A stretch of 64,000 nucleotides of DNA from assembly GCA_029263215.1 (NCBI GenBank), contig JAJCXY010000108.1, forward strand, positions 2,135-66,134, written 5' to 3'. A program made the translations under genes and the position numbers. Below are positions 17,392 through 26,834 of this stretch, one piece after another (position 1 is the stretch's first letter; each line of letters begins with the position of its first letter). The notes under the pieces were generated by a model. That model searched no databases. It worked only from the letters and a program-made list of their open reading frames with translations, and was not told the origin of the DNA. This DNA comes from Acidimicrobiales bacterium. Lineage in GTDB: Bacteria > Actinomycetota > Acidimicrobiia > Acidimicrobiales > Aldehydirespiratoraceae.

Positions 17392-18762
17392 TCAGTCCCA
17401 GAGGCGGTCGATCACGTCGAGCCACAGCTGGGTGGTGAGCTGCAACGACTCGAGGTCGATGCGCTCGTTGTGGCCGTGGAATCGATTGAGGAACTCTGAC
17501 AACGGCACCTTGTCGCTGAGCAATCCGGCGCCGTAAGCGGGGACACCCCTTCCCCGGAAGAAGCGGGCATCGGTTCCGCCTGTGACAAGGCTCGGAATCA
17601 CCCGAGCGTCGGGGTAGGCGAGCCGGATCGAGTCGGCCAGGGCGTCCCACAGAGGCGTCTCGGTGCTCGACGAGGCCGGCAGTTCGGGAGCCATCGGGAA
17701 ATACCACTCGATGTCGACCGATGGGAGAAGGTCGGGCCCGATCGTGTCTCGAAGGTGACGGTCGACCTCTTCATGGGATTCTCCCGGAAGGCGCCGGATG
17801 TCGACCACCATCTCGGCCCGATCGGGAATCGTGTTGGCCTTGTCGCCTGCGACGATCGTGTTGGGGCTGTAGGTGGTGTGGCTACATGAGTGGATATTGC
17901 GGGCGAGGGCGGGAGGGAGTTGGGCGAGGGTGTCGGTGATGCGTCCGGGATCGAGAAGTCCGGCCTCGATGTCGGGTTCGAGTCCGAGCGCCCGAACACG
18001 ATCGGTAAAGATGTCGTCGATACGAGGAGTCACCTCCGCCGCCGACAGCCGTCGGACGATCTCGGCGGCCTTGATGAGGGCATTGTCGGTGGCGTAAGGC
18101 ATTGAGCCGTGGCCGGGCGTGCCGTGCACGGTGATGCGACGCGTGGCCCCCGCCTTCTCGGAGTTGGTGAGCAGGATCGACGTGCCGTTCGGGCCGTGGG
18201 AGGGGGTACCGCCGTATTCGGTGAGCACGTAGTCGCAACGCACCAGATCCCAGTGATCGTCGATTATCGGCTTGGCGCCGAGCAGTCCGCCCGCCTCCTC
18301 ATCGGCCACCGCGAAATAGATGAGGTCGCCCGGCAAGCGCTTACCGGAGCGGACCACTTCACGAAACGCCACCAGCATCGACGAGGTGAGGTTCAACATG
18401 TCGACCGCACCGCGACCCCACACCTCGGTAACCCCATCGGCGGAAGTGATCAGCTCGCCACCGAACGGATCGTTGACCCACCCGTCCGGATTCACCGGAA
18501 CCACATCGGTATGGCCCATGAGGCAGAGGTCGGGTGCGCTCGCATCGGTGCCCTCGTACCGCGCCACCAGCGACGTCCGGCCGGGGGCGGTCTCGATCGT
18601 CTCGAAGTCGAGACCCAGCCCTTCGAGCTCGTCTCGCAGAAGGTTGGCGCTGCGCTCCTCCTGGCCCGACTCCGGCGTTGCCTCGTTGACGCACTGATGG
18701 CGAATCAGCTGCTGCAACAACTCCGCGGTCTCCTGGGTCAGGGTTTCGATCGATGTGGTCAT
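17392..18762 (-). CDS. M20/M25/M40 family metallopeptidase (dipeptidase/deacylase-like)
   Basis: ORF 17392..18960, with probable start at MTTSIETLTQE (18762). LCLMGHTDVVPVNPDGWVNDPFGGEL is the M20 metal-binding signature. Confidence 0.85.
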   Translation of the reverse strand: MTTSIETLTQETAELLQQLIRHQCVNEATPESGQEERSANLLRDELEGLGLDFETIETAPGRTSLVARYEGTDASAPDLCLMGHTDVVPVNPDGWVNDPFGGELITSADGVTEVWGRGAVDMLNLTSSMLVAFREVVRSGKRLPGDLIYFAVADEEAGGLLGAKPIIDDHWDLVRCDYVLTEYGGTPSHGPNGTSILLTNSEKAGATRRITVHGTPGHGSMPYATDNALIKAAEIVRRLSAAEVTPRIDDIFTDRVRALGLEPDIEAGLLDPGRITDTLAQLPPALARNIHSCSHTTYSPNTIVAGDKANTIPDRAEMVVDIRRLPGESHEEVDRHLRDTIGPDLLPSVDIEWYFPMAPELPASSSTETPLWDALADSIRLAYPDARVIPSLVTGGTDARFFRGRGVPAYGAGLLSDKVPLSEFLNRFHGHNERIDLESLQLTTQLWLDVIDRLWD

Positions 18763-18817
18763 GGAGCGATTCTGGCAGGTGGCTAGCGTGGGGGCACCCC
18801 CGCCCGAAGGACCACTG

Positions 18818-19777
18818 ATGTCACACCTGTCGACTCCACTCACTGAACTGCTCGGTATCGAGCATCCGATCTGCCTCGGCCCGATGGGTCTGGTGTCGGT
18901 GCCGCCGATGGTTGCCGCAGTTTCCGAGGCCGGCGGACTCGGCATTCTGGGCACCGCCAACTACGACAGCGAGGGGCTTCGTGAGGTGATCAAGCAGACC
19001 CGTGCCCTCACCTCCAAGCCGTTCGGCGTGAGCATCATGGCGGGGTTTCCGACCGCAGAGGGTCATGCCCTGGTCGCCATCGAGGAAGAGGTGCCGTTCG
19101 TCACCACCAGCGCCGGTTCGCCGAAGAAGTTGGCACCGATGTTTCGTGATGCCGGGATCGAGAACTACCACGTGGTTCCCACCGTGGCGATGGCCATGAA
19201 AGCGAAGGAGTCCGGCTGCACCGGCATCGTGGCCGAAGGCGCAGAGGGTGCCTCGTTCAAGAGCCGCGATGAGGTATCGACGATTGTGCTGGTCCCCCAG
19301 GTGGTGGATGCCACCGGACTGCCGGTGATCGCCGCCGGGGGATTAGGTGATGGCCGAGGGCTTGCCGCGGCGCTCTGTCTGGGCGCGACTGGGATCCAGA
19401 TGGGGACGCGCTTCATCGCCACCGAGGAATCACCGATCCACGACAACTACAAGCAGCGCTTGATCGACTTGAGGGAAACCGATACCCGAATGGTGGGTCG
19501 AAAGACGGGCCCGCTACGAGTGGCGATCAATGACTGCTCCGACGACATGGCGGAGTTTGAGAGCGGCACCGACGACATCGCCGAGATCCGCAAGAAGGTC
19601 GGCTATCAGAAGTTCCCCCAGGCCGCGATGCAAGGCGATGTCGATGGGGGACTCGTGGTGGCAGGCCAGGTCGTCGGAATGGTCGACGACCTCCCCTCAG
19701 TGGCCGGCCTCATGCCGGCGATAGTGGCCGATGCCATCAAGGCTCTCGACCTGAATCAGGCGTTTACCGTCCGCTGA
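18818..19777 (+). CDS. nitronate monooxygenase (NMO/2-nitropropane dioxygenase family)
   Basis: MSHLSTPLTELLGIEHPICLGPMGLVSVPPMVAAVSEAGGLGILG...VIAAGGLGDGRG is an FMN TIM-barrel NMO pattern. ATG at 18818 follows GAAGG. Confidence 0.85.
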   Translation: MSHLSTPLTELLGIEHPICLGPMGLVSVPPMVAAVSEAGGLGILGTANYDSEGLREVIKQTRALTSKPFGVSIMAGFPTAEGHALVAIEEEVPFVTTSAGSPKKLAPMFRDAGIENYHVVPTVAMAMKAKESGCTGIVAEGAEGASFKSRDEVSTIVLVPQVVDATGLPVIAAGGLGDGRGLAAALCLGATGIQMGTRFIATEESPIHDNYKQRLIDLRETDTRMVGRKTGPLRVAINDCSDDMAEFESGTDDIAEIRKKVGYQKFPQAAMQGDVDGGLVVAGQVVGMVDDLPSVAGLMPAIVADAIKALDLNQAFTVR

Positions 19778-19789
19778 GCGGCTCGGAGA

Positions 19790-20167
19790 TCACGTGGGCT
19801 CGGGCCAGGCGGGATCGAGAAACGACTGGATCTCGATCTGGTGGCCGTCGGGGTCACTCAAGAAGCAATGGTAGATGTTGAACTTCTCGTTCGCGGCGGG
19901 TGCCGTGTCGAACTCGACGCCTTTCGCTTCGAGCCGCTGGTACCAGCCGTCGACATCAGCAGTGACCAGGGTGACGATGACCCCATCGGGGCTGACGGGT
20001 CGCTGCTCGCTGCACCGACAGACACCCAGGAAGCCGTCTGGACTGGTCTGGAAGATGCGACACGCGCCCTGGTCGAGCACGAGACCCAGGCCTAACGTCT
20101 CGCCGTAGAAGGCGGCGCTCCTGTCGAGGTCGCGGCTGTAGAGAAACGTCACCTGCTGGTCGAACAT
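19790..20167 (-). CDS. VOC (glyoxalase/bleomycin resistance) family protein
   Basis: Start at MFDQQVTFLYSRDLDRSAAFYGETLGL (20167). The C-terminus ...FLSDPDGHQIEIQ is typical of VOC proteins. Confidence 0.8.
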   Translation of the reverse strand: MFDQQVTFLYSRDLDRSAAFYGETLGLGLVLDQGACRIFQTSPDGFLGVCRCSEQRPVSPDGVIVTLVTADVDGWYQRLEAKGVEFDTAPAANEKFNIYHCFLSDPDGHQIEIQSFLDPAWPEPT

Positions 20168-20183
20168 GTTGTCCTTGTCTGGG

Positions 20184-20411
20184 TTACTGGGCACGGCCAC
20201 GCTTGCGTTCCTGGGCTCGTTCCCATTTGCGCTGACGACTCCGGCACGCCTTGCGACAGAATATCTGGTTGCTGGTACGCGCCTCGAAGATCTCGTTGCA
20301 GCGCCAGTAGGCGCAGCCCCGGAGTCGTTCAGGATCGAAATCTTCAGGATCATCGATGTCCACCAGCGCAAGCGTAAGTCGTGCTGCGATGATGAAGCGC
20401 CACCATGGCAC
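20184..20411 (-). CDS. small Cys-rich zinc-ribbon-like protein with basic tail (hypothetical)
   Basis: CAYWRCNEIF...QIFCRKACRSRQRKWERAQERKRGRAQ is a CxxxxC...CxxxC pattern. It uses a TAA stop and many A/T-ending codons, unlike its neighbours. The start may be GTG at 20363. Confidence 0.45.
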   Translation of the reverse strand: MPWWRFIIAARLTLALVDIDDPEDFDPERLRGCAYWRCNEIFEARTSNQIFCRKACRSRQRKWERAQERKRGRAQ

Positions 20412-20434
20412 CGTGACGGAAGCAGCTCGAACCC

Positions 20435-21130
20435 ATGCGTACCCACGATTCCTGGACCCTCTACGGCGAGACGAGAGATCGCTGCATAGAACTACTGCTT
20501 TCGCTCAACTCCGAGCAGTCGGCCCTTCGGGTTCCGCTCAGCCCGGACTGGACGGTCACAGATGTGGCGTCTCATCTCTGTGGCCTCAACGCCGAGGTGG
20601 CGTCGGGTCGCCTCGTCGGCCTCGGCACCGATGAGCGCACCAGCCATCAAGTGGCTCTGAGGAGGGGCCACAGCTTGCGCGACATCTGTGATGAGTGGAT
20701 CGGCCATGAGGCCCCCATGCGCCAGGCGATCGCGGCCGACCCCTTCTTCGGCACCAGGCTGGCCGGAGATCTCATCGTGCACCTCCACGACATCCGCCAT
20801 GCGCTGGGCCTACCGATCAACCGAGACGACGACGCGACCATCAGCGCGGCTCATTGCTACGTACTCAATCTCCAGGAGCGGGTCTCTGACCGACTCGATG
20901 TGGGGATCGACGTCGTCCTCACCGATGGTGCCCGTTTCCCTGCGGCTGGGAGCGCGACCACAGCAGCGGTGTCGCTGGAGGCCAGTCCTTACGACTTCCT
21001 GCGTTCGGTCACTGGGCGCCGGAGTCGGCGTCAGGTGGAGACTCTCGGTTGGAGTGGCGATCCCACCGAGATTCTCGATCAGGCGTGGAGTTCCTACGGG
21101 TCGCTTCCTTCCGACGACGTGGAGGTCTGA
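20435..21130 (+). CDS. maleylpyruvate isomerase family mycothiol-dependent enzyme (DinB-like)
   Basis: 231-aa ORF. WTVTDVASHLCG...RLAGDLIVHLHDIRHALG fits the DinB-fold His pattern. Confidence 0.7.
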   Translation: MRTHDSWTLYGETRDRCIELLLSLNSEQSALRVPLSPDWTVTDVASHLCGLNAEVASGRLVGLGTDERTSHQVALRRGHSLRDICDEWIGHEAPMRQAIAADPFFGTRLAGDLIVHLHDIRHALGLPINRDDDATISAAHCYVLNLQERVSDRLDVGIDVVLTDGARFPAAGSATTAAVSLEASPYDFLRSVTGRRSRRQVETLGWSGDPTEILDQAWSSYGSLPSDDVEV

Positions 21131-21133
21131 GCC

Positions 21134-22372
21134 ATGGTCGAGATCGACGGCGCACGCCTGCTCGCGACTCTGAGCACCCTTCGAAGCTTCGGTGCGGTCG
21201 GTACGGGTGTGGTTCGCCCCACGTTTTCCGATGAGGACATGGCTGCTCGGCGTTGGCTGCGCGGCGAGATGCAAGATGCCGGACTCTCGGCGAGTATCGA
21301 CGGTGTCGGCAATGTGATCGGGCGGTCGCCCAACCCGGGACCGGCCCTGATCATCGGCTCTCACTCAGACACCCAGCCGCGAGGTGGCTGGCTCGACGGT
21401 GCCATGGGGGTGGCCTACGCGATCGAAATCGCCCGGGCGATCGGCGACGATCCGTCAACCTGCCAACTCGCCATCGACGCGGTTGCATGGTCCGATGAGG
21501 AAGGCACCTACACCAGCTGCCTGGGAAGTGCGTCGTTCGTGGGCGAGCTCACCGCGGCTGAGCTTCAACACACCAATGCAGCGGGGGAGACGGTCGGTTC
21601 TGCGATCGAGCGGGTCGGGCTGGCTGACGTTGCTCCGTCACGGCTCGATCCCGGCCGCCACATCGGATACCTCGAGGCGCACATCGAGCAGGGGCCGCAC
21701 CTCGAGGACGCCGGGCTGTGCGTCGGTGTGGTCACCTCTATAGTGGGCATTCGTGCGATGCGGGTGACGTTCACAGGCGAACAGAACCATGCCGGAACAA
21801 CACCCATGTCTCGGCGCAAGGACGCCGGCGTCGCCATGTTCGAGTTCGGCAGCCGCATCCGCGGACGACTGGCGGAGGTGGCCGGGCCGACCACGGTGTG
21901 GACGATCGGGAATGCCCGCCTCGAACCCGGGGCCGAGAGCATCATCCCGGGCTTCGCAGAGCTGGTCGTCCAGTTCCGAGATCCCGATGAAGCAGTACTC
22001 GCAGCCATGGAGACCCTGATCGTTAGCACTGCCCTTGAACTGACGGGTGAGGGCCCGGTCGACGTAGCCGCTTCGTGCCCTCGTGAGCCGATCGTTCCTA
22101 CGGAGATGCATCCCCAACTACGAAACCACGTCTCTGCCGCAGCCGAGGCTCGCGTGCCGGGGGAGTGGGTCGAGATGCCTAGTGCGGCTGGCCATGATCC
22201 GATGGTGATCGCCCATCACCTACCGTGCGCGATGTTGTTCGTCCCGAGCATCGATGGAGTGAGCCACGATTTTGCGGAGGACAGTCACGATCACGACATC
22301 GTCACCGGCTGCCAGGTGCTGGCCGACGCGGCGGTATCGATTCTCCTAGACGCTGGCTCTAGTCCCGCTTGA
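21134..22372 (+). CDS. Zn-dependent amidase, hydantoinase/carbamoylase (allantoate amidohydrolase / N-carbamoyl-amino-acid hydrolase) family
   Basis: 412-aa ORF. ALIIGSHSDTQPRGGWLDGAMGV...GEQNHAGTTPM...PSAAGHD is typical of the AmaB/AllC M20 subgroup. Confidence 0.85.
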   Translation: MVEIDGARLLATLSTLRSFGAVGTGVVRPTFSDEDMAARRWLRGEMQDAGLSASIDGVGNVIGRSPNPGPALIIGSHSDTQPRGGWLDGAMGVAYAIEIARAIGDDPSTCQLAIDAVAWSDEEGTYTSCLGSASFVGELTAAELQHTNAAGETVGSAIERVGLADVAPSRLDPGRHIGYLEAHIEQGPHLEDAGLCVGVVTSIVGIRAMRVTFTGEQNHAGTTPMSRRKDAGVAMFEFGSRIRGRLAEVAGPTTVWTIGNARLEPGAESIIPGFAELVVQFRDPDEAVLAAMETLIVSTALELTGEGPVDVAASCPREPIVPTEMHPQLRNHVSAAAEARVPGEWVEMPSAAGHDPMVIAHHLPCAMLFVPSIDGVSHDFAEDSHDHDIVTGCQVLADAAVSILLDAGSSPA

Positions 22373-23294
22373 GGACGTCCTCGCCATTGACGAGGAGCTG
22401 GAACACGTCGGGGCGCGAGTAGTGGCCGGCCACGTCGGTTGCCGTCTTGGCGGCCCGGATGACCGAGTGTCGTGCCTCATGAACGAGGATCGTTTCCTCA
22501 CCGCGAGGAGCGCGGGTGACAACCTCACCCCTCGGGTCGATGATCGTCGTGTCGCCCGTCCCAACGTAGGCAAGGCTCCGAAACTGCTCAGGAACATCAT
22601 CGGGGGTGAGCAGGCCACCGGCTGCGATCACATAGCACGCCCCCTGGGCGGCAAAGGCCCGTGACAGCAGCTCCTGGCGCGACCAGAGCGAGACCGGCGG
22701 CTGCGGAGGGGTGTCGGGTTCTCCTCCGGGCCACCCGGCGACGTGGAACTGGGTTCCCTGGGCCATGAGTGCGTAGCCGGGCAGGACCATCTGATGCTCC
22801 CAGCAGTTGAGCGCGCTCAGACGACCGTAGGGACGGTCGTGGACTCGGAGTCCCTCGCCGGAACCCTCACCCCATGCGATCCGCTCGTCCATGGTGGGCT
22901 TGAGCTTGCGGTGTTTCCCAACGATCTCGCCCTCCCGGCCGATCATCAGCATCGTGCAGTAGACGGTTCCCTTCGTGCGACGATCGAGTTCCGCGACACC
23001 GATCACGACGTCGACCTCCGCCACCCGGGCCGCCTCACAGAGAGCCTCGGTCTCCGGTCCCGGTATCTCGACCGCCTGGTCGAGATAGACCTCCGCAGCC
23101 GTGAACCGCAGCCTGTCGGACCTGGCGAAGGCGAAGAAGGGATACCCGGGAAGCCAGGTCTCGCTGAACGCGATCAACTCGGCTCCGGTGAGCGCTGCCT
23201 CCTCGATCAACCTGATGGCCTTTTCGAGGCTCGCCTCGCTGTTCATGTAGACAGGCGCGGCCTGCACGGCCGCGACGATCGTCGCATCGTTCAT
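22359..23294 (-). CDS. nitrilase (carbon-nitrogen hydrolase family)
   Basis: AFSETWLPGYP (Glu), HRKLKPT (Lys) and LNCWEH (Cys) form the catalytic triad context. It overlaps the amidase gene by 14 nt in convergent orientation. Confidence 0.85.
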   Translation of the reverse strand: MNDATIVAAVQAAPVYMNSEASLEKAIRLIEEAALTGAELIAFSETWLPGYPFFAFARSDRLRFTAAEVYLDQAVEIPGPETEALCEAARVAEVDVVIGVAELDRRTKGTVYCTMLMIGREGEIVGKHRKLKPTMDERIAWGEGSGEGLRVHDRPYGRLSALNCWEHQMVLPGYALMAQGTQFHVAGWPGGEPDTPPQPPVSLWSRQELLSRAFAAQGACYVIAAGGLLTPDDVPEQFRSLAYVGTGDTTIIDPRGEVVTRAPRGEETILVHEARHSVIRAAKTATDVAGHYSRPDVFQLLVNGEDVLKRD

Positions 23295-23355
23295 CCCCGC
23301 ACCCTAGGTGGCGAGGTCATAGCGTGGGCAGGTCGACCAACGGAGGATCTACCAA

Positions 23356-24069
23356 ATGCCGACCCCGCACATCTCGGCCGAGCCCGGCGATTTCGCCGAC
23401 GTCTGCCTGCTCCCCGGCGATCCGCTCCGAGCCCGGCACGTGGCTGAGAATTTCTTCGAGGATCCCAGCCTTGTCACCTCGGTGCGCAACATGGAGGGCT
23501 ACACAGGCACCTACAAGGGGCGCTCGGTTTCGGTGATGGGAACTGGCATGGGGATCCCCTCTCTCCAGATATACGCCACCGAACTGATCCGGGAGTACGG
23601 CGTGAAGTCGCTGATGCGGATCGGGAGTTGTGGAGGGATCCAGCCCGATCTTGCGGTTCGCGACATTGTGGTTGCGGCCGGGGCTTCCACCGACTCAGCA
23701 GTCAATCGAGCCCGATTCGGAGGCCACGACTTTGCGGCCATCGCCGACTTCGGCCTCACCCGGCTGCTCGTCGAGGCGGCTGAGGCAAAGGGCTCTGCGG
23801 TGAGGGTCGGCAATATCTTGAGCTCTGATCACTTCTACCATCCGGATGCGGAGATCTTCACCATCTGTCGACGGATGGGCCTGCTCGCCGCGGAGATGGA
23901 GGCCGCGGGTCTCTTCGGGGTTGCGGCCGACAACGGCGCGCGCGCAGCCACGATCCTGACGGTCAGCGACATCATCGGCGCGGAGGAAGCAATGACGTCC
24001 GGCGAGCGCGAAGCCGCCTTGAACGAGATGATCGAGATCGCACTCGAAGCGGCGTTGAAGATCGTCTAA
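23356..24069 (+). CDS. deoD: purine-nucleoside phosphorylase, DeoD type
   Basis: MPTPHISAEPGDFADVCLLPGDPLRARHVAENFFEDPSLVTSVRNMEGYTGTYKGRSVSVMGTGMGIPS closely parallels E. coli DeoD. Confidence 0.9.
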   Translation: MPTPHISAEPGDFADVCLLPGDPLRARHVAENFFEDPSLVTSVRNMEGYTGTYKGRSVSVMGTGMGIPSLQIYATELIREYGVKSLMRIGSCGGIQPDLAVRDIVVAAGASTDSAVNRARFGGHDFAAIADFGLTRLLVEAAEAKGSAVRVGNILSSDHFYHPDAEIFTICRRMGLLAAEMEAAGLFGVAADNGARAATILTVSDIIGAEEAMTSGEREAALNEMIEIALEAALKIV

Positions 24070-24452
24070 TCCGGCTTCTCCGACGGGGCTTGCATGACGT
24101 CGAAGACGTTGCCTTCGGGATCTTCGCACATTCGCCAGACGAAGCCTTCCCACCCGTGGCGATCGAGCAGGGTTCCGCCCAGCGACTCGATCCGCTGCTC
24201 CGCTGCCTCCAAGTCGGGAACGGCGAGGTCGAGGTGGATTCTCGTCTTTCCCGCCCTGGGTTCGGCCACCTGTTGGAGCCACACCGTGACCTTTCGATCT
24301 GGGGCATGGGCGAGGAAACCGAACCCGTCTTGTTTCGCGCTGATCTCCACACTCAGAAGCGTCGACCAGAACTTGGCCATGCGATCGAGGTCGTTGCAGT
24401 CGATTGTGACCGCAATCATCAGGGGGATGTCGTCTGCTTGAAAGGAGGGCAT
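24066..24452 (-). CDS. VOC (glyoxalase-like) family protein
   Basis: 128-aa ORF. IAVTIDCNDLDRMAKFWSTLL...RIHLDLAVPDLEAAEQRIESLGG...CEDPEGNVF. Confidence 0.75.
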   Translation of the reverse strand: MPSFQADDIPLMIAVTIDCNDLDRMAKFWSTLLSVEISAKQDGFGFLAHAPDRKVTVWLQQVAEPRAGKTRIHLDLAVPDLEAAEQRIESLGGTLLDRHGWEGFVWRMCEDPEGNVFDVMQAPSEKPD

Positions 24453-24468
24453 CGCGAACGCTACCCCG

Positions 24469-25848
24469 TCATGGTGCCAAGGTCTCTCGGACTATCTCGA
24501 TTGGCCGAGTAGCCATCTCCTCGGTGGTTCGCTGGCTCAGGAACGCGAGCCGCACGTACACCCGGCCGCCGATCATGGTGCTCGAAACGTGTACCTCTCT
24601 GGAGCGGTTGAGGGCATCGAACACCCGAAGTGTGGTGGGGTCACCTGCGGTGGACCGGAACGCGACGATAGATAACTCCGGCCGTCCGGCGAGCTCAACC
24701 CCGGGGATCTCCTCGAGTTGGTCGGCCGCCGTGTCTGCGAGGTCGAGCATTCGATCGAGTGTGGCCCGGAACTGGCCGACGCCGTGAAGCTGCAGGGCTA
24801 GCCAGACCGGGAGGCCGCGATTGGGCCGGGTGAGTTCGGGTCCCATGGCCAGGTAGTGGGGCAACTCGCCGTCGGTGACGTCCCGCATGTAGGCGCCATG
24901 CCCCTCGTGCGCGGCGATGAGGGTGGCGGGATCCCTCACGAGCAGCCCTCCTATTCCGAAGGGCAGCAGGAGCGACTTGTGGGCATCAACGGTGATCGAG
25001 TCGGCTCGGTCGATTCCCGTGAGCCGGCTGATCCCTCGATCGGTGAGTAGGAAGAAGCCGCCGTAGGCGGCATCGACGTGGAACCAGGTGTCTTCAGCCG
25101 CCGCGACGTCGGCACATTCCTCCAGCGGGTCGATTGCTCCGGTGTCGGTGGTGCCCGCGGTGGCGACGATCATCATGGGCCTCAGGCCTGCGTCGCGATC
25201 GTCGCCGATCGCTTGCGCCAATGCTCCCGGGTCGAGGCGCAGGTGGGTGTCGGTCGGCACGGACCGCAGTCGGCCGGGGGCGATTCCCGCGATGCGGGCA
25301 GCCTTGTCGATGGAATGGTGTGCTCTCTCCGATGTGTAGATGACTCCGTCGTGGAAGCGCTCACCCAACTGCGAACGGGCCGTGACCACGGCGGTGAGAT
25401 TGGCGATCGACCCACCCGACAACAGGAGGCCGCCACTCGTTTCCGGTAGTCCGAACAACGATGTCATCCATCTGACAACCGACTCTTCGATCGCCACCGC
25501 ACCGGGTGCGGCGTGGGAGCCCCCGGTGTATCGGTTGAGGGCGTTGGCCAGGAATGAGCCGAGGGCGGCGGTGTAGATGCCTCCGCTCGGGATGAACGAC
25601 ATGAACCGACCGGACGCACTGTCGAATCCGGTGGCCGTCGCCCGCCCCAGGCGTTCGAGTAAGAGAGCAAGTTCGACCCCATCCTCGCCGGGCTGAGTGA
25701 GGAGCTCCTGCATGAGCTCGGGATCAATCGGAGCTGCGGACGCAGGTGAGGTATCCAACTGATCGATGAAGCCATTGATGTGGTCGAGGACGGCCTCGCC
25801 GAGTTTCATTCGGAGTTCGGCCCCAGGCTCGATGGGAATGTTTGGCAT
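24469..25848 (-). CDS. group II pyridoxal-dependent decarboxylase (aromatic amino acid / diaminobutyrate decarboxylase-like)
   Basis: 459-aa ORF. WFHVDAAYGGF and SITVDAHKSLLLPFG place the PLP lysine in a DAHK context. Confidence 0.85.
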   Translation of the reverse strand: MPNIPIEPGAELRMKLGEAVLDHINGFIDQLDTSPASAAPIDPELMQELLTQPGEDGVELALLLERLGRATATGFDSASGRFMSFIPSGGIYTAALGSFLANALNRYTGGSHAAPGAVAIEESVVRWMTSLFGLPETSGGLLLSGGSIANLTAVVTARSQLGERFHDGVIYTSERAHHSIDKAARIAGIAPGRLRSVPTDTHLRLDPGALAQAIGDDRDAGLRPMMIVATAGTTDTGAIDPLEECADVAAAEDTWFHVDAAYGGFFLLTDRGISRLTGIDRADSITVDAHKSLLLPFGIGGLLVRDPATLIAAHEGHGAYMRDVTDGELPHYLAMGPELTRPNRGLPVWLALQLHGVGQFRATLDRMLDLADTAADQLEEIPGVELAGRPELSIVAFRSTAGDPTTLRVFDALNRSREVHVSSTMIGGRVYVRLAFLSQRTTEEMATRPIEIVRETLAP

Positions 25849-25900
25849 GATCGTCAGTGTGCCGCGAGTTCGCGACGGCGCTGGCCTTGGGGAGTCCTCA

Positions 25901-26824
25901 ATGATCGAACCAACCGAGCGAGAGCTCTCATTCGTCTGGGATGGCCAGACGTTGGCCGGGACTCTTCATCTTCCAGAGGGTGATGGACCCCATCCGGTCG
26001 TCTTGATGATGCAGGGCTCGGGCGACGCCGATCGCGATTGTGATGGCTATTTCCCCCCGATCCGAAACGCCTTCCTCGGCGCCGGGCTGGGCACCTACGC
26101 ATTCGACAAGCCAGGCTGTGGCGACTCGACCGGCGACTGGCGCCGGTACGGGCTCGAAGATCGTGCGAAGCAGGTTCTCGACGCGCTCCAGATCCTCAGG
26201 GACGACGCGTCGATAGCGGGCGATCGAGTCGGCGTCTGGGGCCAGAGCCAGGGCGGTTGGTTGGCCCAGATCGTGGCCGGACGCGACTCCCAACTCTGCT
26301 TCGCCATCTCGAATTCGGGTCCTTCCATCACCGTCGCGGAGCAGAATCTCTACGGCTGTGAGCACGCCATGCGGGAGCTGGGTCACTCTGAAGACGAGAT
26401 CGGTGAGGCACTGGTCTTCGTCGAACGGCTACACGACGCAGCCAGGCGCAGGCTCGACTTCGCGGCCCTCGAGAGCGAGATTCTGAGCGAGGCGAGAACC
26501 CAATCGTGGTACGGATACGCGACCATCGACAGCCCCGAGGACTGGGCCTTCGGTAGCGAACTGGCCCAAGAGGACTACGAACCACTCGAGGCGGTGGCAC
26601 TGGTGCGCTGCCCCTTCTTGGCGGTCTTCGGGGGTCGCGATGTCCTCGTGCCGGCCTGGCGGGGGGCTGAGGAGGTCGGAAACGCCCTCCACCGAGCGGG
26701 CAACCCCGCCGCGACGGTCGTCGTGTTCCCTGATGGCGACCACAGGATCGGCGCGGCATCTTCAGATGGGTTCGTGCCTGGTTATCTCGATCTGATCAGT
26801 GACTGGGCGGCTCGGCGGCTCTGA
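25901..26824 (+). CDS. alpha/beta hydrolase
   Basis: ATG at 25901 follows GGGGAG. VVLMMQGSGDADR and the nucleophile elbow GVWGQSQGGW are present. Confidence 0.8.
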   Translation: MIEPTERELSFVWDGQTLAGTLHLPEGDGPHPVVLMMQGSGDADRDCDGYFPPIRNAFLGAGLGTYAFDKPGCGDSTGDWRRYGLEDRAKQVLDALQILRDDASIAGDRVGVWGQSQGGWLAQIVAGRDSQLCFAISNSGPSITVAEQNLYGCEHAMRELGHSEDEIGEALVFVERLHDAARRRLDFAALESEILSEARTQSWYGYATIDSPEDWAFGSELAQEDYEPLEAVALVRCPFLAVFGGRDVLVPAWRGAEEVGNALHRAGNPAATVVVFPDGDHRIGAASSDGFVPGYLDLISDWAARRL

Positions 26825-26834
26825 CCCCCCCGAC

